NCBI GenBank assembly: GCA_963716025.1
Contig: CAVQSY010000023.1
Span: forward strand, 7,876-71,875
Direction: 5' to 3'
Length of the DNA stretch: 64,000 nt
Source: an uncultured Chloroflexia bacterium
Lineage (GTDB): Bacteria; Chloroflexota; Limnocylindria; Limnocylindrales; CSP1-4
Shown in pieces: positions 44,141-53,001 of the stretch (the stretch's first letter is position 1; each line of letters starts with the position of its first letter). The notes under the pieces are model-generated. The model was given only the letters and a program-made list of their open reading frames with translations, made no database searches and was not told where the DNA came from. The translations under genes were made by a program, and so were the position numbers.

Positions 44141-45068
44141 CCGCGCTCAGGAAGGCCACCGACACGCTGGCGAGGGTGCCCAGCAGGTAGTACTCGGCGA
44201 AGCCGCGGTCATCGAGCTGCTTGAACCGGGCGATGGTCTTGGCCGCGATGACGAAGCCGACCGCCGCCTCCGCGTTGACCAGCACGAACGCCACGATGAG
44301 CAGCCGCTCGAGGGCGCCGATGGTCGCGCCGATGCGGGCGGGTGCCCCGGTGGGAACGGAGGGCGTGGCCCCCAGCGCAACCGACGGCTCGGTCGCGACG
44401 TCGGCCGTCCTCCCGGCGGCTGTCGTCCCGGGGGCAGACTCGGCCCGGTGCCCCGCTTCCGGCAGCTCGCGCGGCGAGACGAGCGCGAGGACGAAGTAGA
44501 AGGCGGCGCGGGTGTTGATGATGAACAGCGAGACGAGCACGACGCCGGTCAGGATGGCGGCGTGCACGACGGCCCGGTCCCAGCTCCGGAGCGCGGTATT
44601 CACGACGTCGATGAACCCCTGCTGGATCGCGACGCCCTCCAGGATCACGAGCCAGCCGACGAGGGCGATCGTGATGTGGAGCGCCTGGTCGGCGAGGTAC
44701 AGCATCCCCGGCCACGGGGTCCAGGCGCTGCCGAGCCCCGACTCCGGCGCCTGGCTGGTCCGTCCCAGCCGCGCCCGTGCGGCTGCGAGGGCCCTCCGCT
44801 CCGCGCGGCGCGTCGTCTGGACCTTCCAGCGGTCGACCAGGACGTGTGTCGTGACCACGACCGCGATGTAGAGCACCGCCGGCATCCCGTAGGCGAACAG
44901 GAACGGGACCAGGCACAGCCCGACGTGGAATCCATGGACCCCCAGCGCGGCCCACCCGCCACGGCCCCCGGTTCCCTTGTTGATCGCGATCCAGTCGTTC
45001 TGGAGCACGAAGTCCGCGACGAGATGGGCCAGGATCAGCCAGGCCAGGACCAGGATCGTGTCGGTCAC
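44106..45068 (-). CDS. DUF3307-domain membrane protein (SatE-like)
   Basis: The GTG start overlaps the satD-like stop (GTGA). It has the DUF3307 signature (AHLVADFVLQNDWIA) and multiple TM helices. Confidence 0.7.
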   Translation of the reverse strand: MTDTILVLAWLILAHLVADFVLQNDWIAINKGTGGRGGWAALGVHGFHVGLCLVPFLFAYGMPAVLYIAVVVTTHVLVDRWKVQTTRRAERRALAAARARLGRTSQAPESGLGSAWTPWPGMLYLADQALHITIALVGWLVILEGVAIQQGFIDVVNTALRSWDRAVVHAAILTGVVLVSLFIINTRAAFYFVLALVSPRELPEAGHRAESAPGTTAAGRTADVATEPSVALGATPSVPTGAPARIGATIGALERLLIVAFVLVNAEAAVGFVIAAKTIARFKQLDDRGFAEYYLLGTLASVSVAFLSAVIAKAALGSIP

Positions 45069-45754
45069 GCCGTGCTCCCCGGTGGACGCGAATCGGGGGC
45101 GGGATCGTCCCCGGTGGCCGCAGCGGCACGGGTCACGCCGCCGTGGAAGATGGATGCGAGGGCCGTGCTGAGCCTCGCCAGGTGGCGGACCCGGGCCCGG
45201 TCCGCGATGACCGAGACGGTCGCCCGGCTCACCCGCAGGCGCTCGGCAGCCTCCGCCTGCCGGAGGTTCTCCACCAGGAGCAGGCGCGCGATCTCGCGCT
45301 GGCGGGCGGTGAGCTCGGCCAGCAGCGCCGGGAGCAGCGGAGCGAGGTCGGCGAGCAGCGCGTCCGCTTCCAGGTCGCCCGTGACGGCCGCCATCCCCTC
45401 GCGCCGTGTCTTGGCGCGATCGAGCAGCTCCCGCGCCGCGTGGAAGGCAGGCCCGTTTCGCTCCGTCGCGGGCCCGGTGCCCCGGTCGACATCGCCGGCG
45501 ACCACCGCCCACCGCAGCTCCCGTGCGTCGGGGTGCACCGCGGCCCGCACCACACCACGAAACGGGTCCGCACCGGGGGCGAGCAGCAGCTGGATCTCGT
45601 CGCCCTGGGTGAACCCCGCCGTGGCGAGACGCTCCCCGTCATACGCCGCGTCCAGGTCGTCGCGCAGCGTCCGCAGGAACGCGGCGGCGCCGGCGTCGCG
45701 GCGTGAGTCCACGACGTCGCCGAAGAGCACGATGGCCGGCACCTGGGCTGTCAC
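45065..45754 (-). CDS. SatD-family protein (N-terminal nucleotide-cyclase-like fold plus C-terminal sigma-70 region-4-like HTH)
   Basis: The N-terminus is IVLFGDVVDSR...GFTQGDEIQLL. The C-terminus is LTARQREIARLLLVENLRQAEAAERLRVSRATVS. It is paired with a DUF3307 gene, as in sat operons. Confidence 0.65.
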   Translation of the reverse strand: MTAQVPAIVLFGDVVDSRRDAGAAAFLRTLRDDLDAAYDGERLATAGFTQGDEIQLLLAPGADPFRGVVRAAVHPDARELRWAVVAGDVDRGTGPATERNGPAFHAARELLDRAKTRREGMAAVTGDLEADALLADLAPLLPALLAELTARQREIARLLLVENLRQAEAAERLRVSRATVSVIADRARVRHLARLSTALASIFHGGVTRAAAATGDDPAPDSRPPGSTA

Positions 45755-45838
45755 ACGCGGGAGCCTATCGCAGATGCAGTTAGCCGAATAGGGCTACAAG
45801 CCATCAAGATAGACGATTCCGGCAACTCCGCTGCCGTG

Positions 45839-47374
45839 TCAATCTGCCGACACACCGGCCGGCATCGCCCCGAACAGCCGCCCGACCGCCTCCGCGAGCG
45901 CGGCCCGGTGGGCCTCCGTCGCGAAGTCGAGCAGCGGGTCCGCCGGCAGCGCATGCTCGGTCAGCGAACCGTCACGCCGCACGTAGGCGACCGGGTACAG
46001 GCCACCCTGACCGTCCGACTCGACCGTCATCGCGAGGAGGTCCTCGGTCATCCCGTCAAGCGCGTGTGTCAGCGGCAGGATCCCGGCGTCGCGCAGGGTC
46101 CCGTCCCGCTCGGCGGTGACCACCCGGGCGAGGTACGCCTTCTGGTGCCACAGCTCCGGGGCGGAGGTCGCCTCTCGCAGCAGGTAATCGATGACCTCGT
46201 CGCGGGCCACGATGGGGCACTCGCGAGCCCTGCCGAACACCGTCTCCGCGAGATGCCGGGCCAGGACGAGGCTGTTGTAGCGATGCCCGTGGACGGCGCC
46301 CGAGTTGGCGGGCACACCGTGCTTGCGAAGACCGGGTGCCGCCTGGCTGATCGTGCCCGCAAAGTAGATCCCGTGGACGGTGGTGCTCTCCCAGAACGGC
46401 GTCACCACCGGCAGCTTCGCCGCCCCGAACGTGGCGACCCCGAGATCCGGCAGGTCGCGCAGCGGACACGTGAAGCCCGTGGCCGCGATGACCTCGTCGG
46501 CCTCCACGCACAGGTCCTCTCCGGTGTCGGTCCGGTGGAGGTCCACCCGGATGGCTTGGCCCACCTGGGTGAGCCCCGTGATGGACGCGTTGAGGATCCG
46601 CACTCCGAGCCCCAGGAAGCCGTCCTCGAACGGCTGGACGTAGCGCGCGCGGACACCGGCGAGCGACTTGGTCTGGATGCTGGTCTTGGCCGGCGATGGC
46701 GAGCAGACGGTGATCGACGACGCCCATTGGGCGAGTCCCGTCGCCAGCTCGAAGCCGCTGTTCTGCTTGCCGATGATGAAGATCCGCTTGCCGGCATAGG
46801 TCGCGGCATCGCGGGTGTCGGCGTAGTGGCGGGCGAGCTCGATGCCCGGGGTGACCGGCAGCGACGGCTGGGCGATCCCCACCGCGAGCACCAGCGCGCG
46901 ACAGCGGTATTCGCCGTCGCTGGTCTGGAGCACGAACGAGGGGCCGTCGGGACCCTCCTCGCGGCGTGTCGACTCCCAGCGGGTTTGGAACCGGACCGCG
47001 ATCCCGGCTCGTTCCGCGAACGCCTCGAGGTTCTGCTGCATCGCCGGACGCGACGGAAAGTAGGAGGTGTCGTCGAGAAACTCCGCCTGGAGGCTGCGAA
47101 GCTCCGGCTCGTCCGCGAGGAGGCTGTTCCAGTCGTAGCGCTGGTACTCGCGCGTGGTCCGCTCGGCCGGGGCGTAGGGCTTGGACCAGGACAGCAGCCG
47201 CTGGAAGAACGGCCATCGCCGGAACATCCCGCCCGGGCCCACGTCGGCGGAGATCACGGCGTGCTCGATGCCTTCGCGGCGGAGCGCGTAGGACACCTGG
47301 AGCCCACCCGGACCCGACCCGATCACGACCACCGGGTAGTCACCCGGTGGGAAGGGACGTTCCGCCGCCTCCAC
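45839..47374 (-). CDS. FAD/NAD(P)-binding oxidoreductase (flavin-monooxygenase / TrxR-like fold) with a C-terminal extension
   Basis: The GTG start lies 2 nt after the stop of the upstream cNMP-binding gene. Motifs include YPVVVIGSGPGGLQVSYAL, a second dinucleotide site (KRIFIIGKQNSGFELA) and ATGF. Confidence 0.8.
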   Translation of the reverse strand: MEAAERPFPPGDYPVVVIGSGPGGLQVSYALRREGIEHAVISADVGPGGMFRRWPFFQRLLSWSKPYAPAERTTREYQRYDWNSLLADEPELRSLQAEFLDDTSYFPSRPAMQQNLEAFAERAGIAVRFQTRWESTRREEGPDGPSFVLQTSDGEYRCRALVLAVGIAQPSLPVTPGIELARHYADTRDAATYAGKRIFIIGKQNSGFELATGLAQWASSITVCSPSPAKTSIQTKSLAGVRARYVQPFEDGFLGLGVRILNASITGLTQVGQAIRVDLHRTDTGEDLCVEADEVIAATGFTCPLRDLPDLGVATFGAAKLPVVTPFWESTTVHGIYFAGTISQAAPGLRKHGVPANSGAVHGHRYNSLVLARHLAETVFGRARECPIVARDEVIDYLLREATSAPELWHQKAYLARVVTAERDGTLRDAGILPLTHALDGMTEDLLAMTVESDGQGGLYPVAYVRRDGSLTEHALPADPLLDFATEAHRAALAEAVGRLFGAMPAGVSAD

Positions 47375-47376
47375 CG

Positions 47377-47799
47377 TCAGCTCCGCCAGCGGTTGGCGTT
47401 GCGGAGGCGACGGGCAAGCGCCTGGAGCATCCGGAACATCACCGGTGGGTGGGCCAGGAGGAATGGCTGGACCGCCGTCGGCCCCAGGACGATGCAGCGG
47501 AGGGTGGAGGTGGCGACGATGTCGGCCGTGGGCGGCTCTCCCAGCAGGATCGAGACCTCGCCGAAGAAGTCGCCGCGGTGGAGCGTGCCGCGCGTCGTCC
47601 CATCGATCCGGACGTCCGCCGTGCCGTCGAGGATGATGTAGAACCCGGAACCCGTGAGGCCCTGGCGGAGGACCCGCTCGCCCTCCGCCATCGCGGTCTC
47701 CTCGAACAGGCCCGCGACGCTGAGCAGCTGTGGGGACCCGAGGTCCGAGAACAGGGCGAACCCGGCCAGGGTGTCGGCGAGCTCCTCGCGCGTAGCCAC
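47377..47799 (-). CDS. Stand-alone cyclic-nucleotide-binding (CNB) domain protein
   Basis: The GTG start follows GAGGAGG. It has a CNB fold (LFSDL, GERVLRQGLTGSGFYIILDG, FFGEVSILLGEPPTADIVA). The phosphate-binding Arg is replaced (PPTA). Confidence 0.8.
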   Translation of the reverse strand: MATREELADTLAGFALFSDLGSPQLLSVAGLFEETAMAEGERVLRQGLTGSGFYIILDGTADVRIDGTTRGTLHRGDFFGEVSILLGEPPTADIVATSTLRCIVLGPTAVQPFLLAHPPVMFRMLQALARRLRNANRWRS

Positions 47800-47966
47800 G
47801 GGACGGCCCCTCCTCGTTCTCCCCCACTCAGTACGACCCGGGACGGCCGCAGGGGCGCATGGTCCCACGAATCACGGTGCCGTGCCCGGGTCCTTCCGCC
47901 ACGTGCCCGGCTCTTTCGGCCACGTGGCTCCAACCGGGTTGACGCCGACGGCCGGCCCGGCGCACG

Positions 47967-48422
47967 ATGCGATCCGTGCCCGAGGAGGAGCCCGTGTCCC
48001 TGTCCGCGTCCCACCGCGTAACGCTCATGCGTGCCTGCCCGCTGTTCACCGGGCTGGACGAGTCCGGGCTGGCCGCCGTCTCCGCCGCGGCCGTCGAGGT
48101 GGCATTTCCCCCCGACCGGGTGATCGCGCGCGAGGGCGAGATCGGCACCGGGCTGTTCATCGTCGGTGAGGGCCGGGTCCGGGTCATGCGTGACGGCCTG
48201 GCGATCGCCCACCTTGGACCGGGCGAGTTCTTCGGTGAGCTCTCGGTCCTCGACGGCGGTCCGCGCAACGCCGCGGTGATCGCTGACGTGCCCACCACGT
48301 GTCTTGCGCTCGCGACCTGGGATGCCGAGCGTGTCCTCCGCGAGCAGCCGGGCGTCGCCCTGGCGATCCTGCGGGTCCTCGCGGGACGCCTTCGCGCAGC
48401 CACCTCCGACCACCGGACCTAG
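47967..48422 (+). CDS. Stand-alone cyclic-nucleotide-binding (CNB) domain protein
   Basis: CPLFTGL, REGEIGTGLFIVGEG and FFGELSVLDGGPRNAAVIA are present, with a canonical Arg in the phosphate-binding cassette. Confidence 0.85.
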   Translation: MRSVPEEEPVSLSASHRVTLMRACPLFTGLDESGLAAVSAAAVEVAFPPDRVIAREGEIGTGLFIVGEGRVRVMRDGLAIAHLGPGEFFGELSVLDGGPRNAAVIADVPTTCLALATWDAERVLREQPGVALAILRVLAGRLRAATSDHRT

Positions 48423-48450
48423 AGGTCGCGTCCCCCCAGAGGCCTGAGCC

Positions 48451-51150
48451 GTGTCCCCCGAGCTCCCCAGCGGTACCGTCGCATTCCTGTTCACGGATAT
48501 CGAAGGGTCCACCAGGCTCGTCAGCCGGATCGGCGACGCTGCCTACGGAGACCTGTTGGCCATCGAGCGCCGACTCGTCGTCGATGCCGCGGTGGGCGCG
48601 GGCGGGGTCTACTTCGGCTCCGAAGGGGATGCCCACTTCATTGCCTTCACGTCTGCGGCATCCGCGATCCGTGGAGCCGTGGCCGCCCAGCGCGCGCTCG
48701 CGGCCCAGCCCTGGCCGGACGACCAGGCCGTCACGGTGCGGATGGGGGTCCACGCGGGAGAGGCCCGGGTGGTCGACGGCAATTACGTCGGCTACGAGGT
48801 GCACCACGCCGCGCGCGTCGCTTCCGCCGCTCACGGCGGCCAGGTGCTGGTCTCCGGGGCGGCCAAGGGGCTGGTGGGTGATCCCGGTGGCGGGATCACG
48901 CTTCGCGACCTCGGGCAGCACTCGCTCAAGGATGTGGCGGCTGCAGAGCACCTGTTCCAGGCCGACGCCGACGGGCTGCGTGCGGCCTTTCCACCGCTGC
49001 GGACGGTCGGGCAGGTCGCCGGCAACCTGCCGGCCCAGCTCACCTCGTTCGTGGGCCGTGCCGAGCTTGCCGATGCGCGGGCCCTCCTGGACCAGGTCAG
49101 GCTCCTGACGCTCACCGGACCGGGTGGCACCGGCAAGACCCGGCTGTCACTGGAGCTCGCGTCGGGATGCGCGGACCGGTTTCCGGATGGCACCTGGTTC
49201 GTGCCGCTGGCAGCGATCCGGGACCCGGAGCTCGTCCCGTCCTCGATCGCGAGCACCCTGGGCCTGCTGTCCCCGTCCCAGCCACCGCTGGACCGTGTCC
49301 GCGACCACCTCCGGGGCCGGCAGAGCCTCCTCGTCCTGGACAACCTGGAGCAGGTGATCGAGGTGGGACCCACGGTCGCCGATCTGCTGCGACAGGCCCC
49401 GGGGCTGACCGTCATCGCGTCGAGCCGGGCCCCGCTCCGGGTCGCCGGCGAGCAGGAGTTCCCGGTCCCGCCCCTCGCCCTGCCGCCCCTCGGCACCCGG
49501 GACCCTGTGGCCGTCGCGGGGTCCGAGGCCGGTCGCCTGTTCGAGCAGCGTGCGGCGGCGGTCCGCCCCGGCTTCTCGATCATGGCCGACAACGCCGGGG
49601 AGATCGCCGAGATCGTCCGCCGCCTCGACGGCCTGCCGCTGGCCATCGAGCTCGCCGCCGCCAGGATCCGCCTGCTGTCACCGCAGGCGATGGCCCGTCG
49701 CCTCGATGGCCGGCTGTCGCTGCTGTCGTCGGGGGGTCGGGATCTGCCCGAGCGGCAGCGGACGCTGCGCGGGGCCATCGACTGGAGCCACGACCTCCTG
49801 GAGCCCGGGGAGCGGCGCCTGTTCGCCCGGCTGGCCGCCTTCGCCGGCGGCGGGTCCATCGATCTCGTCGAGCAGGTGTGCGTGCTCCCCGGGGATGCGG
49901 ACGACGACCCGGAGACCGACGCGATCGGCCTGCTCGAACGGCTCGCCGAGCAGAGCCTGGTGCGCGTCGAGGAGGACGCCCACGGCGACGTCCGGTTTGC
50001 CATGCTCGAGACGCTGCGCGAGTACGCGCACGAGCGCCTCGAGGCCCGCGGGGAGACGCGCGTCGTCGCCGACAGGCACGCGGCCGCCATGCGGGAGCTG
50101 CTCGATGCGGCGGTCTCGGACATGCGCGACCGGGGCGCGGTGCTCGACCGACTGGACGACGAGCACGACAACATCCGGGCCGCCATCGACCACGCGATCG
50201 CGGTCGGTGACACCGTGACGGCCTCCGCGCTCGCATTCGGCTCCTGGCGCTTCTGGCAGATGCGGGGGCATATCGTCGAAGGGCGACGGCGCCTGGACCA
50301 GGTGCTTGCGATGCCCGGCTGGACGATGGAGCCATCGCGTGCTCGTCTCAAGGCCCTCGAGGCAGCCGGGGGCCTGGCCTACTGGGCCGGCGACATGACC
50401 GGGTCCGGCCCCCACTACGCCGATGCCGTCGTGGAGGCCCGCCGGCTGGGCGATGATGCCGAGGTCGCGAACGCGGTCTACAACCACTGGTTCACGCGCC
50501 GGGTGACGGAGAACGTCGCCGATTGGGGGAAGCTGCTCGCGGATGATGACCGAGCCCTCCTCGACGAGGCCCTCGAGATCTGGACCAGGATCGATGACCA
50601 GCACGGTGTGGCGAAGGCGCTGTGGGGCCTGGGCGAGCACTACGCCTACCGGGAGGAGTACCCGGCCGCGGAGGATGCGACCACCCGGGCACTGGCGATC
50701 TTCGAGCGAGGTGGTGACCGCTTCTGGATCGCCTGGACTCGATTCACCCGGGCGTTCGCGCGCGGGTCCGCCCAGGACGTGCGCGGCGCTGCCGAGGACT
50801 TCGCCGTCATCCTTCGCGAGTTCCGGGACAGTCGGGACGTGTCCGGCCTGTGCCTGTCGATGTCGGCCATGTCGGGGCTCCTGCTCGCGGCCGGCCGCGC
50901 CGAAGATGGGTTCGCCGTCGCCGCCGCAGCCGCCCGTGCGATCGCGGAGACCGGCCTTCACCTGGCAACCCTGTGGCCGACCGCGGCCCTCACCGTCCCG
51001 GATCTTGAGCAGGCGACCGGCGCGCTCGCGCAGGCCGCGGCGCGCGGCCGCGCATGGTCACGCGAGCAGGGTCTGGACGAGACGATCCGCATGGCGGATG
51101 ACCTCGCCGCAATCCGGGCGGACGGCTCGGCGGCGACGACGCCAGCGTAG
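48451..51150 (+). CDS. Class III adenylate/guanylate cyclase fused to a STAND (NB-ARC/AAA) NTPase and TPR-like repeats
   Basis: The cyclase motifs are VAFLFTDIEGSTRL, GDAHFIAF, RMGVHAGEA and GYEVHHAARVASAAHGGQVLVS. Then come Walker A (LTGPGGTGKTRL) and Walker B (LLVLDNLEQV), followed by a helical repeat C-terminus. No HTH was seen. Confidence 0.85.
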   Translation: MSPELPSGTVAFLFTDIEGSTRLVSRIGDAAYGDLLAIERRLVVDAAVGAGGVYFGSEGDAHFIAFTSAASAIRGAVAAQRALAAQPWPDDQAVTVRMGVHAGEARVVDGNYVGYEVHHAARVASAAHGGQVLVSGAAKGLVGDPGGGITLRDLGQHSLKDVAAAEHLFQADADGLRAAFPPLRTVGQVAGNLPAQLTSFVGRAELADARALLDQVRLLTLTGPGGTGKTRLSLELASGCADRFPDGTWFVPLAAIRDPELVPSSIASTLGLLSPSQPPLDRVRDHLRGRQSLLVLDNLEQVIEVGPTVADLLRQAPGLTVIASSRAPLRVAGEQEFPVPPLALPPLGTRDPVAVAGSEAGRLFEQRAAAVRPGFSIMADNAGEIAEIVRRLDGLPLAIELAAARIRLLSPQAMARRLDGRLSLLSSGGRDLPERQRTLRGAIDWSHDLLEPGERRLFARLAAFAGGGSIDLVEQVCVLPGDADDDPETDAIGLLERLAEQSLVRVEEDAHGDVRFAMLETLREYAHERLEARGETRVVADRHAAAMRELLDAAVSDMRDRGAVLDRLDDEHDNIRAAIDHAIAVGDTVTASALAFGSWRFWQMRGHIVEGRRRLDQVLAMPGWTMEPSRARLKALEAAGGLAYWAGDMTGSGPHYADAVVEARRLGDDAEVANAVYNHWFTRRVTENVADWGKLLADDDRALLDEALEIWTRIDDQHGVAKALWGLGEHYAYREEYPAAEDATTRALAIFERGGDRFWIAWTRFTRAFARGSAQDVRGAAEDFAVILREFRDSRDVSGLCLSMSAMSGLLLAAGRAEDGFAVAAAAARAIAETGLHLATLWPTAALTVPDLEQATGALAQAAARGRAWSREQGLDETIRMADDLAAIRADGSAATTPA

Positions 51151-51159
51151 GATGGGCCC

Positions 51160-51582
51160 GTGAGCGGCGCCGCCTCCCCGATCGACCTCTCCCTCGACGC
51201 TTCCGTCTCGCCCAACCTTGCCTGGGCGGCCATCACGGATCCCGCGCGAATCGCCGAGTGGTTGACGGAGGCCACCGCGCTGGGTGCCGTGGGCTCCCCC
51301 TACCGGCTGGACTTCGGTGACGGCAGCGTCGTGGGTGGCATTGTCCTGGGCGTTGACCCGGGCCGATCCTTCTCCCACTCGTGGCGCTGGCAGGGCGCGG
51401 ACGACACCGAGACGACCGTGGTGACCTGGACCGTGTCCGCCCTGCCCGACGGCGGATCGCGGATCCGGATTGTCCACGACGGCTGGGACGAGGCTGGACT
51501 GGACGGTTCGGCGCGCGACGATCACGAGGGCTACTGGAAGGGCTACCTCGAGGACCTGCGCGACATCCTCGCGGACGGGTGA
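51160..51582 (+). CDS. SRPBCC (AHSA1/START-like) domain protein
   Basis: This 140-aa protein carries AWAAITDPARIAEWL, RLDFGDG and VTWTVS...RIVHDGW, typical of the Aha1-like SRPBCC family. Confidence 0.7.
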   Translation: MSGAASPIDLSLDASVSPNLAWAAITDPARIAEWLTEATALGAVGSPYRLDFGDGSVVGGIVLGVDPGRSFSHSWRWQGADDTETTVVTWTVSALPDGGSRIRIVHDGWDEAGLDGSARDDHEGYWKGYLEDLRDILADG

Positions 51583-52919
51583 CCACCCCGGGACGGTTCT
51601 CGTCCCTGCGCCATCGAACCTTCGGCCGCTTCCAGCCCGATGCGCGCCTGATCCTGGTCACGAGCCTGGTCACCGGCGCGGCGGTGAGCCTGTGGTGGAT
51701 CGACTTCAACCTGTACCTCGGCGCGCTCGGCTTCGAGCCGGCGACGATCGGTCTCGTCTCGACCCTCGCCTCGCTTGCCGGCGGGCTGGTGGCGTTCCCG
51801 GCCTCGGCGGCGTCGGACCGGCTCGGCCGGCGAGCCGTGCTCTTCGGCGGGATCATCGCCGGCATCGTGGCCCTCGTGGTGCTGCTGGTCTCCGAGGCGC
51901 TGGTCGTCGTGATCGTGGCCGCGTCGCTGTGGACGATGGGGTTCAACGCCTTCAACGTCGTGATCGCGCCGTTCATGACCGAGCACAGCGAGCCCGAGCA
52001 CCGTAACGAGCTGTTCGCCGTCCAGTTCGCGATCCAGAACGTGACCAACATCGTCGCGGCCATCCTCGGCGGCGTGGTGGCCACGGCCGTCGCGTCGTGG
52101 CTCGGCCTGGAGGCGGGCGGGCCCGGCGTCTACCGGATCATCCTCGTCATCATGCTGGGGCTGTCGGCCCTCGGCCTGGTCGCCGTGGGTCGGCTCACCG
52201 ACGACCGTCCGTCGCGGATCGAGGGATCCCGGCTCCGGCGGCTCGGCGAGCCTGCGTGGTTCCCGGCCGATCCGCGACGGCGCCGGACACGGCTCGGCAT
52301 CGTGATTCGGGACCACGGCCGGTTCGCGAGGCTGGTGTTTCCGGGCTTCCTGATCTCGATCGGGGCCGGGCAGGTCATCCCGTTCCTCAACGTGTTCGTG
52401 CAGGGCAGGTTCGGGCTGGATCTCGCCCAGCTCAATGCGGTCTTCGCCTTCACCTCGCTCGGGACCGTGCTCGCGATCCTCGCCCAGCCACGCCTCGCGC
52501 GGCGGTTCGGGCAGATCACCTCGGTCGTCATCGTCCAGGGGGCGTCGATCCCGTTCCTCGTGGTGCTCGGGTTCTCGCCGGTGCTGTGGTCGGTCATCCT
52601 CGCGATGGCCGTCCGGAGCTCGCTGATGAACGCCGGCAACCCCATCTTCAATGCGTTCTCGATGGAGCAGGTGTCGCCCGTGGAGCGAGCCTCCCTGGCG
52701 GCGGCCATGAGCGTGTTGTGGCAGGCGGGCTGGGTGCTGGGCGGGGCGTGGTATGCCCTGCTCCAGGCAACGCTCGGGTTCGACGGTGGCTACACGGTCA
52801 ACTTCCTGACGATCATCGCGCTCTACTCGGTCGCGACCGTGCTGTACTGGACGTGGTTCCGCGAGGCGGACCGCCAGGCGCTCAGGCGACGGGTATCCGC
52901 GTCGACCACCGGCCGGTAG
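51579..52919 (+). CDS. MFS transporter
   Basis: A GTGA overlap joins it to the previous stop. It has about 12 TM helices and an MFS loop motif (SDRLGRR). Confidence 0.8.
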   Translation: MTTPGRFSSLRHRTFGRFQPDARLILVTSLVTGAAVSLWWIDFNLYLGALGFEPATIGLVSTLASLAGGLVAFPASAASDRLGRRAVLFGGIIAGIVALVVLLVSEALVVVIVAASLWTMGFNAFNVVIAPFMTEHSEPEHRNELFAVQFAIQNVTNIVAAILGGVVATAVASWLGLEAGGPGVYRIILVIMLGLSALGLVAVGRLTDDRPSRIEGSRLRRLGEPAWFPADPRRRRTRLGIVIRDHGRFARLVFPGFLISIGAGQVIPFLNVFVQGRFGLDLAQLNAVFAFTSLGTVLAILAQPRLARRFGQITSVVIVQGASIPFLVVLGFSPVLWSVILAMAVRSSLMNAGNPIFNAFSMEQVSPVERASLAAAMSVLWQAGWVLGGAWYALLQATLGFDGGYTVNFLTIIALYSVATVLYWTWFREADRQALRRRVSASTTGR

Positions 52920-53001
52920 ACTTCGGGTCATGGCAGAGGCACCCGTTCCCGGCCGGACCAAGACCGCCATCCCGCGCAACCCCGGCCGCCACGAGCTGGG
53001 C

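Noticed and set aside
45839-51150. Labelling the cyclase/CNB cluster as a known Pycsar- or CBASS-type antiphage system.
   Set aside because: The CNB proteins lack TIR, transmembrane or nuclease effector domains. The cyclase is of the common actinobacterial cyclase-ATPase-TPR type, and no other defence genes are adjacent. It is kept only as a signalling-island hypothesis.
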